Shown in pieces: positions 43,850 through 52,843 of a stretch of DNA of 64,000 bases. Under the pieces are notes generated by a model. That model searched no databases and was not told where the DNA came from. It was given only the letters and a program-made list of their open reading frames with translations. The position numbers and the translations under genes are program-made. Source of the DNA: Chromatiales bacterium (GTDB taxonomy: Bacteria > Pseudomonadota > Gammaproteobacteria > JAGRGH01); NCBI GenBank assembly GCA_020445605.1, contig JAGRGH010000054.1, positions 18,705 to 82,704 on the forward strand. The letters are read 5' to 3'. Every line of letters starts with the position of its first letter. Position 1 is the stretch's first letter.

Positions 43850-44482
43850 TCATTCTTGAACTGGAATCCTTCCGAGCACTTCAATCTCGCCGTCGTCAAG
43901 GATCTTGCCGACCAGCAGCTCGCCGATGCCGATCAGCTCCAGCGTCAGCGCATCGATGTTCGGGCGATGATTCACGAAGACGATTGGCGACGTTCCGCGA
44001 TGCTTCGCGAGCAGGGCGCCTGCCGCAGCCAGGAATGCTTCCTGCCCCGTGGTGTCCTCGACCGGCCGTTGTCGCAGGTCCGGATCGGCGATGAACTTCC
44101 CGAATGCGATCTGCGCGGTCTGTGTACAGCGGCACATGGGCGAGCTGATCACGACCGGGTTGATATCGTGTGCCGAGAATGCCGCGCCAACCGCGCGTGC
44201 CTGGGCGCGGCCTTCCTCCGTCAGGATGCTTTCGCCCACACAGTTGCCGCTTGAATCCCACACCAGCATGTTCGTGCCGTCGCGGTTTCCGCCGGATTCC
44301 GCGTTGCGCATCAAAACGACCATGTTCGGGTCGTGGCGCAGTTTCTCCCAGAGACCAACGTCTGCTGTTGCGGTTGATGACAGCAGCACGAGCACGATCA
44401 TCCAGTTCAGTGTAGCTGTTGATTCGCGCCGCTGGGGTGAGCAATCGATCTGCCCGAACCGGCCGCATGGCAGCCGTGCCAT
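43850..44482 (-). CDS. Histidine-phosphatase-superfamily (phosphoglycerate-mutase-like) protein with RHG changed to RNA; probable signal peptide
   Basis: VVLMRNAESGGN aligns to the branch-1 RHGES motif with Asn (AAC) in place of the phospho-acceptor His. VISSPMCRCTQTAQIA and VNHRPNI match the family. An internal Met at 44404 would start with a signal-peptide-like MIVLVLLSSTATA. Confidence 0.55.
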   Translation of the reverse strand: MARLPCGRFGQIDCSPQRRESTATLNWMIVLVLLSSTATADVGLWEKLRHDPNMVVLMRNAESGGNRDGTNMLVWDSSGNCVGESILTEEGRAQARAVGAAFSAHDINPVVISSPMCRCTQTAQIAFGKFIADPDLRQRPVEDTTGQEAFLAAAGALLAKHRGTSPIVFVNHRPNIDALTLELIGIGELLVGKILDDGEIEVLGRIPVQE

Positions 44483-44486
44483 CGGC

Positions 44487-45119
44487 TTAGCAGGTGTGTT
44501 GGGGCTTGTTTCGCGTCAGGCCCATCCCGGCGAGTCCGAGGCCGAACAATGCCAGGATGCCGGGTTCAGGGACTGCGACGCGGACCAGCCAGTTACCCCA
44601 GGCCGCATTGGTCCAGTCGGATGCGTCCGAATTGAGGATGACGCGGGATCTGTCCGAATTCGAGCCAGGGGGCGCGGTGTAGAAGCTATACCGCAGGGTG
44701 GCGCCACCAACGCCGTCCAGTGCATTGCCATCATCAAACAGCCCCTGGGCGGAGAAGGTTCCGCCATCTGCGATGGACTGGGAAAATGTCCGCCCCAGCA
44801 GATCGATCAACGACAGCATCGGCGCCGAGGCCGCGCCGTCATACGGGGGGGCGAAGCCTGCGTTGGTGAACAGCGTGGTGACTTCCGAGATCGTCGCATG
44901 GCGCCACCCCTGGAAATCGCCACCGACACCAAAATGACTGGAAACATCGTCGAAAGAACGGCCCTGTGAGCTCGTAAGATCCAACCACAGAAGGTTCTGA
45001 TCTGTATCGGTCGTGGTCATGCCGTTGTCGATCAGGACCGCAGATGCGGGGCTCGCCAGCAGGCCAATTGCGGCGAACGTCAGGCAGCGGGCCGTGGTAA
45101 GCGCTCTGATTTTCGTCAT
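44487..45119 (-). CDS. Secreted DUF1566 (Lcl C-terminal-like) domain protein with PEP-CTERM sorting signal
   Basis: Signal peptide MTKIRALTTARCLTFAAIGLLASPASA. LIDNGMTTTDTDQNLLWL...GGDFQGWRHATISEVTTLF (DUF1566 pattern). C-terminal VPEPGILALFGLGLAGMGLTRNK is canonical PEP-CTERM (PEP + TM + basic tail). Confidence 0.75.
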   Translation of the reverse strand: MTKIRALTTARCLTFAAIGLLASPASAVLIDNGMTTTDTDQNLLWLDLTSSQGRSFDDVSSHFGVGGDFQGWRHATISEVTTLFTNAGFAPPYDGAASAPMLSLIDLLGRTFSQSIADGGTFSAQGLFDDGNALDGVGGATLRYSFYTAPPGSNSDRSRVILNSDASDWTNAAWGNWLVRVAVPEPGILALFGLGLAGMGLTRNKPQHTC

Positions 45120-45195
45120 GATTCGGTCACCCTCATGAAGTGTCAGCAGGTCCGGCGCAGCGCCAGACGCAACACGACCCTAACATGATCGGACT

Positions 45196-47241
45196 TCAGT
45201 CGTCCTGGCGCGGGCGGTGCGCGGCGGTCAGCGACTGCTGCACCTTCGGCGGTGCCGGTTCGTAGCGTGCGAACTGCATGGTGTAGGCGCCGGCGCCGGC
45301 CGTGAGTGAACGCAGGCGCGTTGCGTAGTCGTCGAGTTCGGCCAGCGGTGCCTCCGCCGTAATGGTCAGCGTGCCGTCGTCGGACGCATCCGTGCCAAGA
45401 ATGCGCGCACGGCGCGAGGCCAGATCGCCGCTGATGTCGCCGATGGAGGCCGCGGGTGCGCGCACCTGCAGGGCTGCAATCGGTTCAAGCACGATCGCCC
45501 CGGCGTTGCCGACCGCATCGATGAATGCCTTGCGTCCGGCCGTCACGAACGCGACTTCCTTCGAATCCACCGAATGGGTCTTGCCATCCGTGACGGTCAC
45601 GCGCACGTCCACGACCGGAAAGCCCGCGATCGCGCCGCCTTCGATGACCTGCCGCACGCCTTTTTCGACGGCCAGGATCAGCGACGCCGGGATCGCGCCG
45701 CCCGTGACCCTGTCGACGAATTCGAATCCCGCACCGCGTTCCAGCGGCTCGACTTCGAGCATCACCTCGCCGAACTGACCGGCCCCGCCGGTCTGCTTCT
45801 TGTGCCGGTGATGGCCGGATGCCGAGCGCGTAATCGTCTCGCGATACGGCACGCTCGGTGGCCGTGTGGCGACGCGCACGTGATAGCGGTCGTCCATCTT
45901 CTCGAGCGCGACGCGCAGGTGATATTCGCCGAGCCCGCGCAGCACGGTCTCGTTGGCCGAGATGTCGTGCTCGATGCTCAGGCACGGGTCCTCGGCGACG
46001 ATGCGGTGCAGAACGTCTGAAACCTTCTGTTCGTCACCGTGGCTCTCGGGCGTCAGCGCCAGCCTGACCACGGGCGCGGGCAGGTCCCAAGGCTCCGCAT
46101 GCAGGTCATCGAACTCGTGCGTGCCGTGCAGGATCGCGTCCAGGTGCAGGTCGTCGACCTTGGCCACGGCACAGATCGCGCCGGGACCTGCGCGTGGAAT
46201 CTCCAGGTGTTCCTTGCCGTGCATGCGAAACAGATGACCGACCTTGAACGAATGGTTGCCGTCGTCGATCAGCAGCGTGTCGCCCCGACTGATCACACCT
46301 TGGTGCACGCGCAGGGTGCCGAGCTTGCCCAGGAACGGGTCGTAGTCGATCTTGAACACATGCGCGAGCACGGGCCGGTCGGCGTTCGGGCGCGCGAGCA
46401 GGCGTTTGGCCTTGTCGCCGTGGCCGGCGATGAAGAAATGCGGCGTGCCCTCGAGCGGGTTCGGCGCGAGTCGTTCGACGACATCGAGCAGTTCCGCGAT
46501 GCCGGCGCTGCTGCGCGTCGACGTGAAACACACGGGGATCAGGTGCCCCTCTCGTAGCGCCTGCTCGAACGGGTCGTGCAGGGTCGCGGGGTCCACGTCG
46601 CCTTCTTCCAGATAGCGCTCGGTCAGTGCATCGTCGACCTCTACGACCTGTTCCATCAGCGCCTGGTGCGCCTCGGCGACCGAAGAGAAATCCGCCTGCC
46701 CAGCGGCATGGTCGAAGCAGTCGACCACCCGGCTTGCCCCGCCGGCCGGCAGGTTCACCGGCAGCACCTCGGGACCGAAGGCCTCACGCAGCTCGGCGAT
46801 GCGCGCGGCCAGCTCGCCTTCGCCGGCGGCGTCGATCTTGCTGATGACGATCATCGCGGCCATGCCGTGCGCGCGGAGCTGTTCCATGACACGGCGGGTG
46901 ACCGGCTCGATTCCGGCGGTGGCGCTGACGACCAGCACGGCGCATTCGACGGCGGGCAGGGCGCTCAGGCTGCGGCCGATCAGGTCCGGGTCGCCGGGGG
47001 TGTCGAGGATGTTCACGCGCACCCCGGCGTGGCTGAAGCCGAGGATCGTGGTGTTCAGCGAGTGGTGATGGCGCTGTTCGAGCGGGTCGAAGTCCGACAC
47101 CGTCGTGCCGCGCTCGATCGAGCCCGGCTCGTTCAGCACGCCCGCCGCGACCAGCAGCGCCTCGGCCAGCGAGGTCTTGCCGCAGGCGGCGTGGCCGACC
47201 AGGGCCAGGTTGCGTCGCTGTTCGAGTCGGGTATCGGCCAT
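45196..47241 (-). CDS. Elongation factor G paralog (EF-G-like translational GTPase, divergent G1 motif)
   Basis: 681 aa with five EF-G domains. G1 is VGHAACGKTS instead of AHIDAGKTT; DTPGDPD (G3), SKID (G4). Confidence 0.85.
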   Translation of the reverse strand: MADTRLEQRRNLALVGHAACGKTSLAEALLVAAGVLNEPGSIERGTTVSDFDPLEQRHHHSLNTTILGFSHAGVRVNILDTPGDPDLIGRSLSALPAVECAVLVVSATAGIEPVTRRVMEQLRAHGMAAMIVISKIDAAGEGELAARIAELREAFGPEVLPVNLPAGGASRVVDCFDHAAGQADFSSVAEAHQALMEQVVEVDDALTERYLEEGDVDPATLHDPFEQALREGHLIPVCFTSTRSSAGIAELLDVVERLAPNPLEGTPHFFIAGHGDKAKRLLARPNADRPVLAHVFKIDYDPFLGKLGTLRVHQGVISRGDTLLIDDGNHSFKVGHLFRMHGKEHLEIPRAGPGAICAVAKVDDLHLDAILHGTHEFDDLHAEPWDLPAPVVRLALTPESHGDEQKVSDVLHRIVAEDPCLSIEHDISANETVLRGLGEYHLRVALEKMDDRYHVRVATRPPSVPYRETITRSASGHHRHKKQTGGAGQFGEVMLEVEPLERGAGFEFVDRVTGGAIPASLILAVEKGVRQVIEGGAIAGFPVVDVRVTVTDGKTHSVDSKEVAFVTAGRKAFIDAVGNAGAIVLEPIAALQVRAPAASIGDISGDLASRRARILGTDASDDGTLTITAEAPLAELDDYATRLRSLTAGAGAYTMQFARYEPAPPKVQQSLTAAHRPRQDD

Positions 47242-47367
47242 TGGAGGGAAGTCTAGCCGATTGCGGTTGGCGGCAACGCGTCCCCCTCCGCCGCCACGCT
47301 TGCCGCCGGGCCGGTTACGGCCTCAGACTTCCGCTTCAATAACAATTCAGCGATTCGGGGAACGTCC

Positions 47368-48066
47368 ATGAGAGCATTACCGCTGCAACGCGGAGCGGCT
47401 ATTGGCCTGCTGATCCTTGCGCTGTCCGCCACACCCGCCCGGGCGACTTTGATCGACAACCTCGACGGTACGGTGTTGGACGACGTAAGTGGATTGGTTT
47501 GGACGAAGAACGCGAATCTCGCGGCGAGCAACACCTTCGGTGTGGGCGGCATCGCTGCTACCGGGAGGATGACCTGGGACACCGCCCAGGCGTGGATCGC
47601 GGCGATGAACGCGGCGAACTATCTGGGCTTCAACGACTGGCGACTGCATACGATCACCGACACCGGCGCGCCGGGCTGTGACTTTGCCTTCACGGGTACG
47701 GATTGCGGCTACAACGTGGATCTGGGCACGGGAGAACTCGCGGACCTGTGGTACCGGGCCCTGGGTAACATCCCTTACTACGACACCAGCGGTAACGGAC
47801 CCCAGGCCGGCTGGGGCCTGACCAACACCGGCCCGTTCGACAATATGCAGTCCGACTACTATTGGTCGGGTACCGAGTACGCACCCAGTACCGTTAACGC
47901 GTGGACCTTCCACACGGACCGCGGCTACCAGGACCTCAACCTTAAGACCAATCTCTTCTATGGTTGGGCGGTTCGTACCGGCAATGCCGGCGTACCGCTG
48001 CCGGGAACGGCACTGCTGCTGGGGCTGGGGTTGCTCGGCCTGACGGCACGTCGCCGTCTTGCGTGA
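47368..48066 (+). CDS. Secreted DUF1566 domain protein with PEP-CTERM-like C-terminus (VPLP variant)
   Basis: Signal peptide. LIDNLDGTVLDDVSGLVWTKNA...FNDWRLHTI...YYWSGTEYAPSTVNAWTFHTDRGYQD...YGWAVR (strong DUF1566 pattern). C-terminal GVPLPGTALLLGLGLLGLTARRRLA. Confidence 0.7.
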   Translation: MRALPLQRGAAIGLLILALSATPARATLIDNLDGTVLDDVSGLVWTKNANLAASNTFGVGGIAATGRMTWDTAQAWIAAMNAANYLGFNDWRLHTITDTGAPGCDFAFTGTDCGYNVDLGTGELADLWYRALGNIPYYDTSGNGPQAGWGLTNTGPFDNMQSDYYWSGTEYAPSTVNAWTFHTDRGYQDLNLKTNLFYGWAVRTGNAGVPLPGTALLLGLGLLGLTARRRLA

Positions 48067-48076
48067 CCCCGGCGCC

Positions 48077-48345
48077 GTAGGGTGCGTACCACGCACCATT
48101 TTCGGCGCATGATCACTCCATACGGTGCGCCGTGCGCACCCTACTCACACCGCACATGTAGGGTGCGTACCACGCACCGCATACGGCATTTCAGACTTCC
48201 GGTGCGCCGTGCGCACGCTGCCCACACCGCACATGTAGGGTGCGTACCACGCACCATATCCGGCGCGTGATGATTCGACTCGGTGCGCCGTGCGCACCCT
48301 ACTCACTGGCGGCTGGCTCCGCTGCGCCGTTCGCACCCTGCCCAC
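48077..48345. repeat. Three and a partial fourth tandem copies of an ~80-bp REP-like element, each with imperfect inverted repeats
   Basis: gtagggtgcgtaccacgcacc at 48077, 48158 and 48235. Its imperfect reverse complement cggtgcgccgtgcgcaccctac(tcac) at 48123, 48200 and 48281, with a degenerate copy at 48319. Period 77-81 bp. Intergenic between the PEP-CTERM gene and cinA. Confidence 0.7.
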
Positions 48346-48508
48346 AGTGCACACCTGCGCAATGCGCGCCGTTTGCGCGGCGCCTGGCCGGCGGGTCGGA
48401 ATACTCGGACACGACTCCGTCAAATCAGCCGACAAGCGGTCCGTGCCGGCCTGCTAGACTTCCGGCGGTGCGATTTGCAGTCTGGCCCCGCTGCCCCCGG
48501 AGCGTGTC

Positions 48509-48994
48509 TTGAGCGACCTTCTCAACCTGCTGGTGAGTTTCGCCGGAGAGCGGCTGGTCGCGCGCGGCTGGAAGCTGGCCGTGGCCGAATCCTGCACCGG
48601 CGGGTGGATCGGCAAGGCCATCACGGATGTCTCGGGCTCCTCGGCCTGGTTCGAGCGCGGCTTCGTGGTCTACAGCAATCAGGCGAAGGTCGACCTGCTC
48701 GGGGTGAAGCCGGCGACGCTGGAGGCCTATGGCGCCGTCAGCGAGCCCACCGCCCGCGAGATGGCGGACGGCGCGCTGGCGCGCTCGCGCGCGCAACTCG
48801 CCGTGGCGGTCACCGGCATTGCCGGCCCGGACGGCGGCAGCCGCGAGAAGCCCGTCGGCACGGTGTTTCTGGCCTGGGCCGCGCGCGACGAGGAGACCCG
48901 CGTGCAGCGCATGCGCTTTCTCGGCGATCGTGCCGAGGTGCGGCTGCAATCGGTGCAATCCGCGCTGCAGGGGGTCGTGGACCTGCTGTCCTGA
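48509..48994 (+). CDS. CinA C-terminal-domain protein (PncC-like NMN deamidase)
   Basis: [39 protein letters not shown]...[12 protein letters not shown]: CinA_C signature. Short form upstream of recA, as in Pseudomonas. TTG start. Confidence 0.8.
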   Translation: MSDLLNLLVSFAGERLVARGWKLAVAESCTGGWIGKAITDVSGSSAWFERGFVVYSNQAKVDLLGVKPATLEAYGAVSEPTAREMADGALARSRAQLAVAVTGIAGPDGGSREKPVGTVFLAWAARDEETRVQRMRFLGDRAEVRLQSVQSALQGVVDLLS

Positions 48995-49042
48995 TCCGGC
49001 CCGCGGCCGGCCGTCCTGCCGCCGTTGCGTCGCGACGCCCGG

Positions 49043-49062
49043 TTACTGTATGTTTAACCAGT
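49043..49062 (+). promoter_or_regulatory. Putative LexA (SOS) box upstream of recA
   Basis: TACTGTATGTTTAACCAGTA is a palindromic CTGT-N8-CCAG, one mismatch from the gammaproteobacterial CTGT-N8-ACAG consensus. It lies 58-77 nt upstream of the recA ATG. Confidence 0.55.
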
Positions 49063-49119
49063 ATCGGCCTGCGAGCGAACGGGCCACCCGAAAACAAGCT
49101 GCCAAAGAGAGTTTCAACG

Positions 49120-50160
<1,041 letters not shown>

Positions 50161-50205
50161 CGGTGTGCTGAAACTCTGCCGAATCGGCGCTAAGAGGTTG
50201 TTGAA

Positions 50206-50226
50206 AAAGGCCCATCCATGGCCTTT
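50206..50226 (+). terminator. recA intrinsic terminator
   Basis: aaaggcc-catccat-ggccttt is a 7-bp stem followed by tcc, 46 nt after the recA stop. A second 11-bp-stem hairpin follows at 50235-50262 (gcaaccgaaaa-gcgcgg-ttttcggttgc). Confidence 0.55.
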
Positions 50227-50483
50227 CCAACCTCGCAACCGAAAAGCGCGGTTTTCGGTTGCTCACGAAAATCAAACACTTGGGTGTTCGATTTTCGGGC
50301 GAGACGTTCATGTCTCGCGATAGCAGGCTGTTGAAAAGAGAATTTCAACAGCCTGCTAAAGTCGGCGTGTGAATGCCCGTTACTCCGTGTAGAGATCGCT
50401 GGTTCGGTCGCCTCCGCCGTGTCGTGTTCCTGCCATAGCCAATTTCTCGATCCAGCCGCTGAACGCCGGGGGCGACGCGCGGC

Positions 50484-51092
50484 ATGACCGGTGCGCGCCG
50501 CGAAGTCCCGGGCGAGGCCCGCCGCCGACTCGATGACTGGCACGGCCGGCTGGTCAGTCGCCGGCGGTTTCTGATCTCGGCCGCGGGCGGCTCGCTCGCG
50601 CTGGTGTTTGGCCTGCCCGCCGCACCCGCCGTCGCGGTCGCCACGGAACCGGTCGCGATTGCGCCCACGGCCGCGCAATGGAGCCTGCTCCACGCCGTGC
50701 AGAATCACCTTTTCCCGTCGGAACCGGATGCACCGGGCGCGCGCGAGATCCGCGCGCTTGCCTATCTGCGCGGCGTGCTGGCCGACCGCGGCGTGGATCG
50801 TGAGGAACGCGAGTTCCTGGTGCGCGGCACCACCTGGCTGGACGAAATTGCCCGGGAGCGCGAGAAGGGACTGTTCGTGAATCTCGATGCCGAGGCGCGC
50901 GAGCGCGTGCTGCGCCAGGTCGCGCAATCCGATGCCGGCGAAAACTGGCTGTCGACGCTCCTGTACTACATTTTCGAGGCCCTGCTCCAAGATCCGATCT
51001 ACGGCGGCAACCCGCGCGGCGCGGGCTGGCAGTGGCTCGAGCATGATCCCGGCCAACCAAGGCCGAACCCGCGCAACCGCTATCGCTCATGA
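50484..51092 (+). CDS. Gluconate 2-dehydrogenase subunit-3-family small subunit (Tat signal) of a GMC dehydrogenase complex
   Basis: VSRRRFLISAAGGSLALVFG twin-arginine signal; WSLLHAVQNHLFPSEPDAPGAREIRALAYL family motif. Confidence 0.75.
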   Translation: MTGARREVPGEARRRLDDWHGRLVSRRRFLISAAGGSLALVFGLPAAPAVAVATEPVAIAPTAAQWSLLHAVQNHLFPSEPDAPGAREIRALAYLRGVLADRGVDREEREFLVRGTTWLDEIAREREKGLFVNLDAEARERVLRQVAQSDAGENWLSTLLYYIFEALLQDPIYGGNPRGAGWQWLEHDPGQPRPNPRNRYRS

Positions 51093-52780
51093 GCCAGGAC
51101 TTCGACGTCTGCGTGATCGGCTCCGGCGCGGGCGCGGGGCCGGTCGTCTGGTCGCTGGTGCAGGCCGGCTATTCCGTCGTTGTGCTGGAGAAGGGGCGCT
51201 GGCTGCGCGACGCCGACTTCGCCAAGGACGAGCTCGCTTGCTCGCTGCGAAAGTTCTACACGCCGAAGCTCGCCGACGAGCAGCACGTGATCGAGGACTA
51301 CGACGGGCAGGGCGGCTTCAACGCCGTGCCGACCTCGGTGTCCGGCTGGGATTTCTGGAACGGCAATATCGTCGGCGGCGCGACGAATTTCATGAGCGGC
51401 TTCTTTCATCGAATGAGGCCGGTGGATTTTCGCCTGCTCAGCGAGTTCGGCCCGATCGACGGTGCGAACATGGTCGACTGGCCGATCGACTACACAGCGC
51501 TGGCACCGTATTACGACCGGGTTGAAAGCGCCGTCGGCGTATCCGGTCGCGCCGAGGACGCGCCACATGCGGCTCCGCGCGCGCATGCCGAATACCCCTA
51601 TCCGCCGACACGCGAACACCCGATCGCGGGCTGGATCGATGCGGCCGGAAAAAATCTCGGCTGGCAACCGATGACCGTGCCGCGGGCGGTGCTGTCACGC
51701 CCGGCGAACGAACGCGGCGGTTGTTCGTACTCAGGTTACTGCGGCAGCTACGGCTGCGCGACCGGGGCGAAGGGGAGTTCACGCGTCGCCCTGATCGAAC
51801 CCGCGGTGCGCACCGGGCGCTGCAAGCTGATCCCCGAAGCGAAGGCCTATCGGCTGATTTCCGACGATCAGGGGCGCGTCACGGGTGTGGACTACTACGA
51901 CCGTGCCGGACAGGCCAAGCGCATCGGCGCGAAGCTCTATGTCGTCGCCTGCCAGGCGATCGAAACCGCCCGACTGTTGCTGTCCTCGCCGGGGCCGCGT
52001 CACGCCGACGGGCTTGGCAACAACACGGGCCAAGTGGGGCGCAACCTGCTGTTCTCCGCCGGTGGCTCGGGCAGCGGAACGTTCTACTACGCCGATCTCT
52101 CTGAAGATCGCGCAAAAGAGCTGCGCGAATTCGGCAGTTTCGTCAATCGGGCGCTCAGCGACTGGTATGTGATCGACGACCCGGATTTCGGTCGCGCGAA
52201 AGGCGGCACGATCGAATTCCTGTTCAGCCATCCGAACCCGGTCGCACGCGCGAATCGGTTGAAATGGGGCGAGGACGGACTGGTCTGGGGCCGACCCCTG
52301 AAACGGCGCTTGGAAGAAGGTTTTCGCGGCGAGCGCACGCTGCGATTTGAAGTCTTCTGCGACTGGCTGCCGACGGACAACTGCTTTGTCTCGCTCGACC
52401 CGCAGGTGCGCGACAGGTGGGGCTCGCCGGTCGCGCGGGTGCGCGTGGGTTACCACCGCCACGACCTTCGCGTCGGACAGTTCCTATCCGAACGCGGTGA
52501 ACGATTGCTTACGGAACTCGGCGCGAGTGGCGTGAACTCCAGCGTTTCCGGTGCGCCACCGGCGAACCTCGTTGCCGGCGGCTGCCGGTTCGGGACCGAT
52601 CCCGCGACCAGCGTGCTCGACCCCGACTGCCGCATCCACGACGCGGACAACGTCTATGTCACGGACGGTTCGTTCATGCCCACGGGCGGCAGCGTGCCCT
52701 ACACCTGGACGATCTACGCGAACGCCTTCCGCGTCGCCGACCGCATCATCGAGCGCCTCGGCGGAAAGCGTTCGGCCTGA
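51089..52780 (+). CDS. GMC-family FAD-dependent oxidoreductase (large dehydrogenase subunit)
   Basis: DVCVIGSGAGAGPVVWSL (GxGxxG FAD-binding); GMC C-terminal domain with GGCRFGTD...HDADNVYVTDGS. ATG overlaps the small-subunit stop. Confidence 0.85.
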   Translation: MSQDFDVCVIGSGAGAGPVVWSLVQAGYSVVVLEKGRWLRDADFAKDELACSLRKFYTPKLADEQHVIEDYDGQGGFNAVPTSVSGWDFWNGNIVGGATNFMSGFFHRMRPVDFRLLSEFGPIDGANMVDWPIDYTALAPYYDRVESAVGVSGRAEDAPHAAPRAHAEYPYPPTREHPIAGWIDAAGKNLGWQPMTVPRAVLSRPANERGGCSYSGYCGSYGCATGAKGSSRVALIEPAVRTGRCKLIPEAKAYRLISDDQGRVTGVDYYDRAGQAKRIGAKLYVVACQAIETARLLLSSPGPRHADGLGNNTGQVGRNLLFSAGGSGSGTFYYADLSEDRAKELREFGSFVNRALSDWYVIDDPDFGRAKGGTIEFLFSHPNPVARANRLKWGEDGLVWGRPLKRRLEEGFRGERTLRFEVFCDWLPTDNCFVSLDPQVRDRWGSPVARVRVGYHRHDLRVGQFLSERGERLLTELGASGVNSSVSGAPPANLVAGGCRFGTDPATSVLDPDCRIHDADNVYVTDGSFMPTGGSVPYTWTIYANAFRVADRIIERLGGKRSA

Positions 52781-52843
52781 CGCCGTCACGCGATCCGCGC
52801 GGGCATAATCCCCGGCCAGTCATTCCGGATTGGCGAGCGACTC

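Noticed and set aside
48077-48345. Possible CRISPR array (regularly spaced 21-bp repeats)
   Set aside because: The spacers between repeats are themselves near-identical copies containing the inverse repeat. The array is a tandem ~80-bp REP-like element, with no cas genes nearby.
50161-50483. recX expected downstream of recA
   Set aside because: No ORF with RecX-like sequence was found; the region contains only hairpins. Reported as a finding (absence) rather than a feature.
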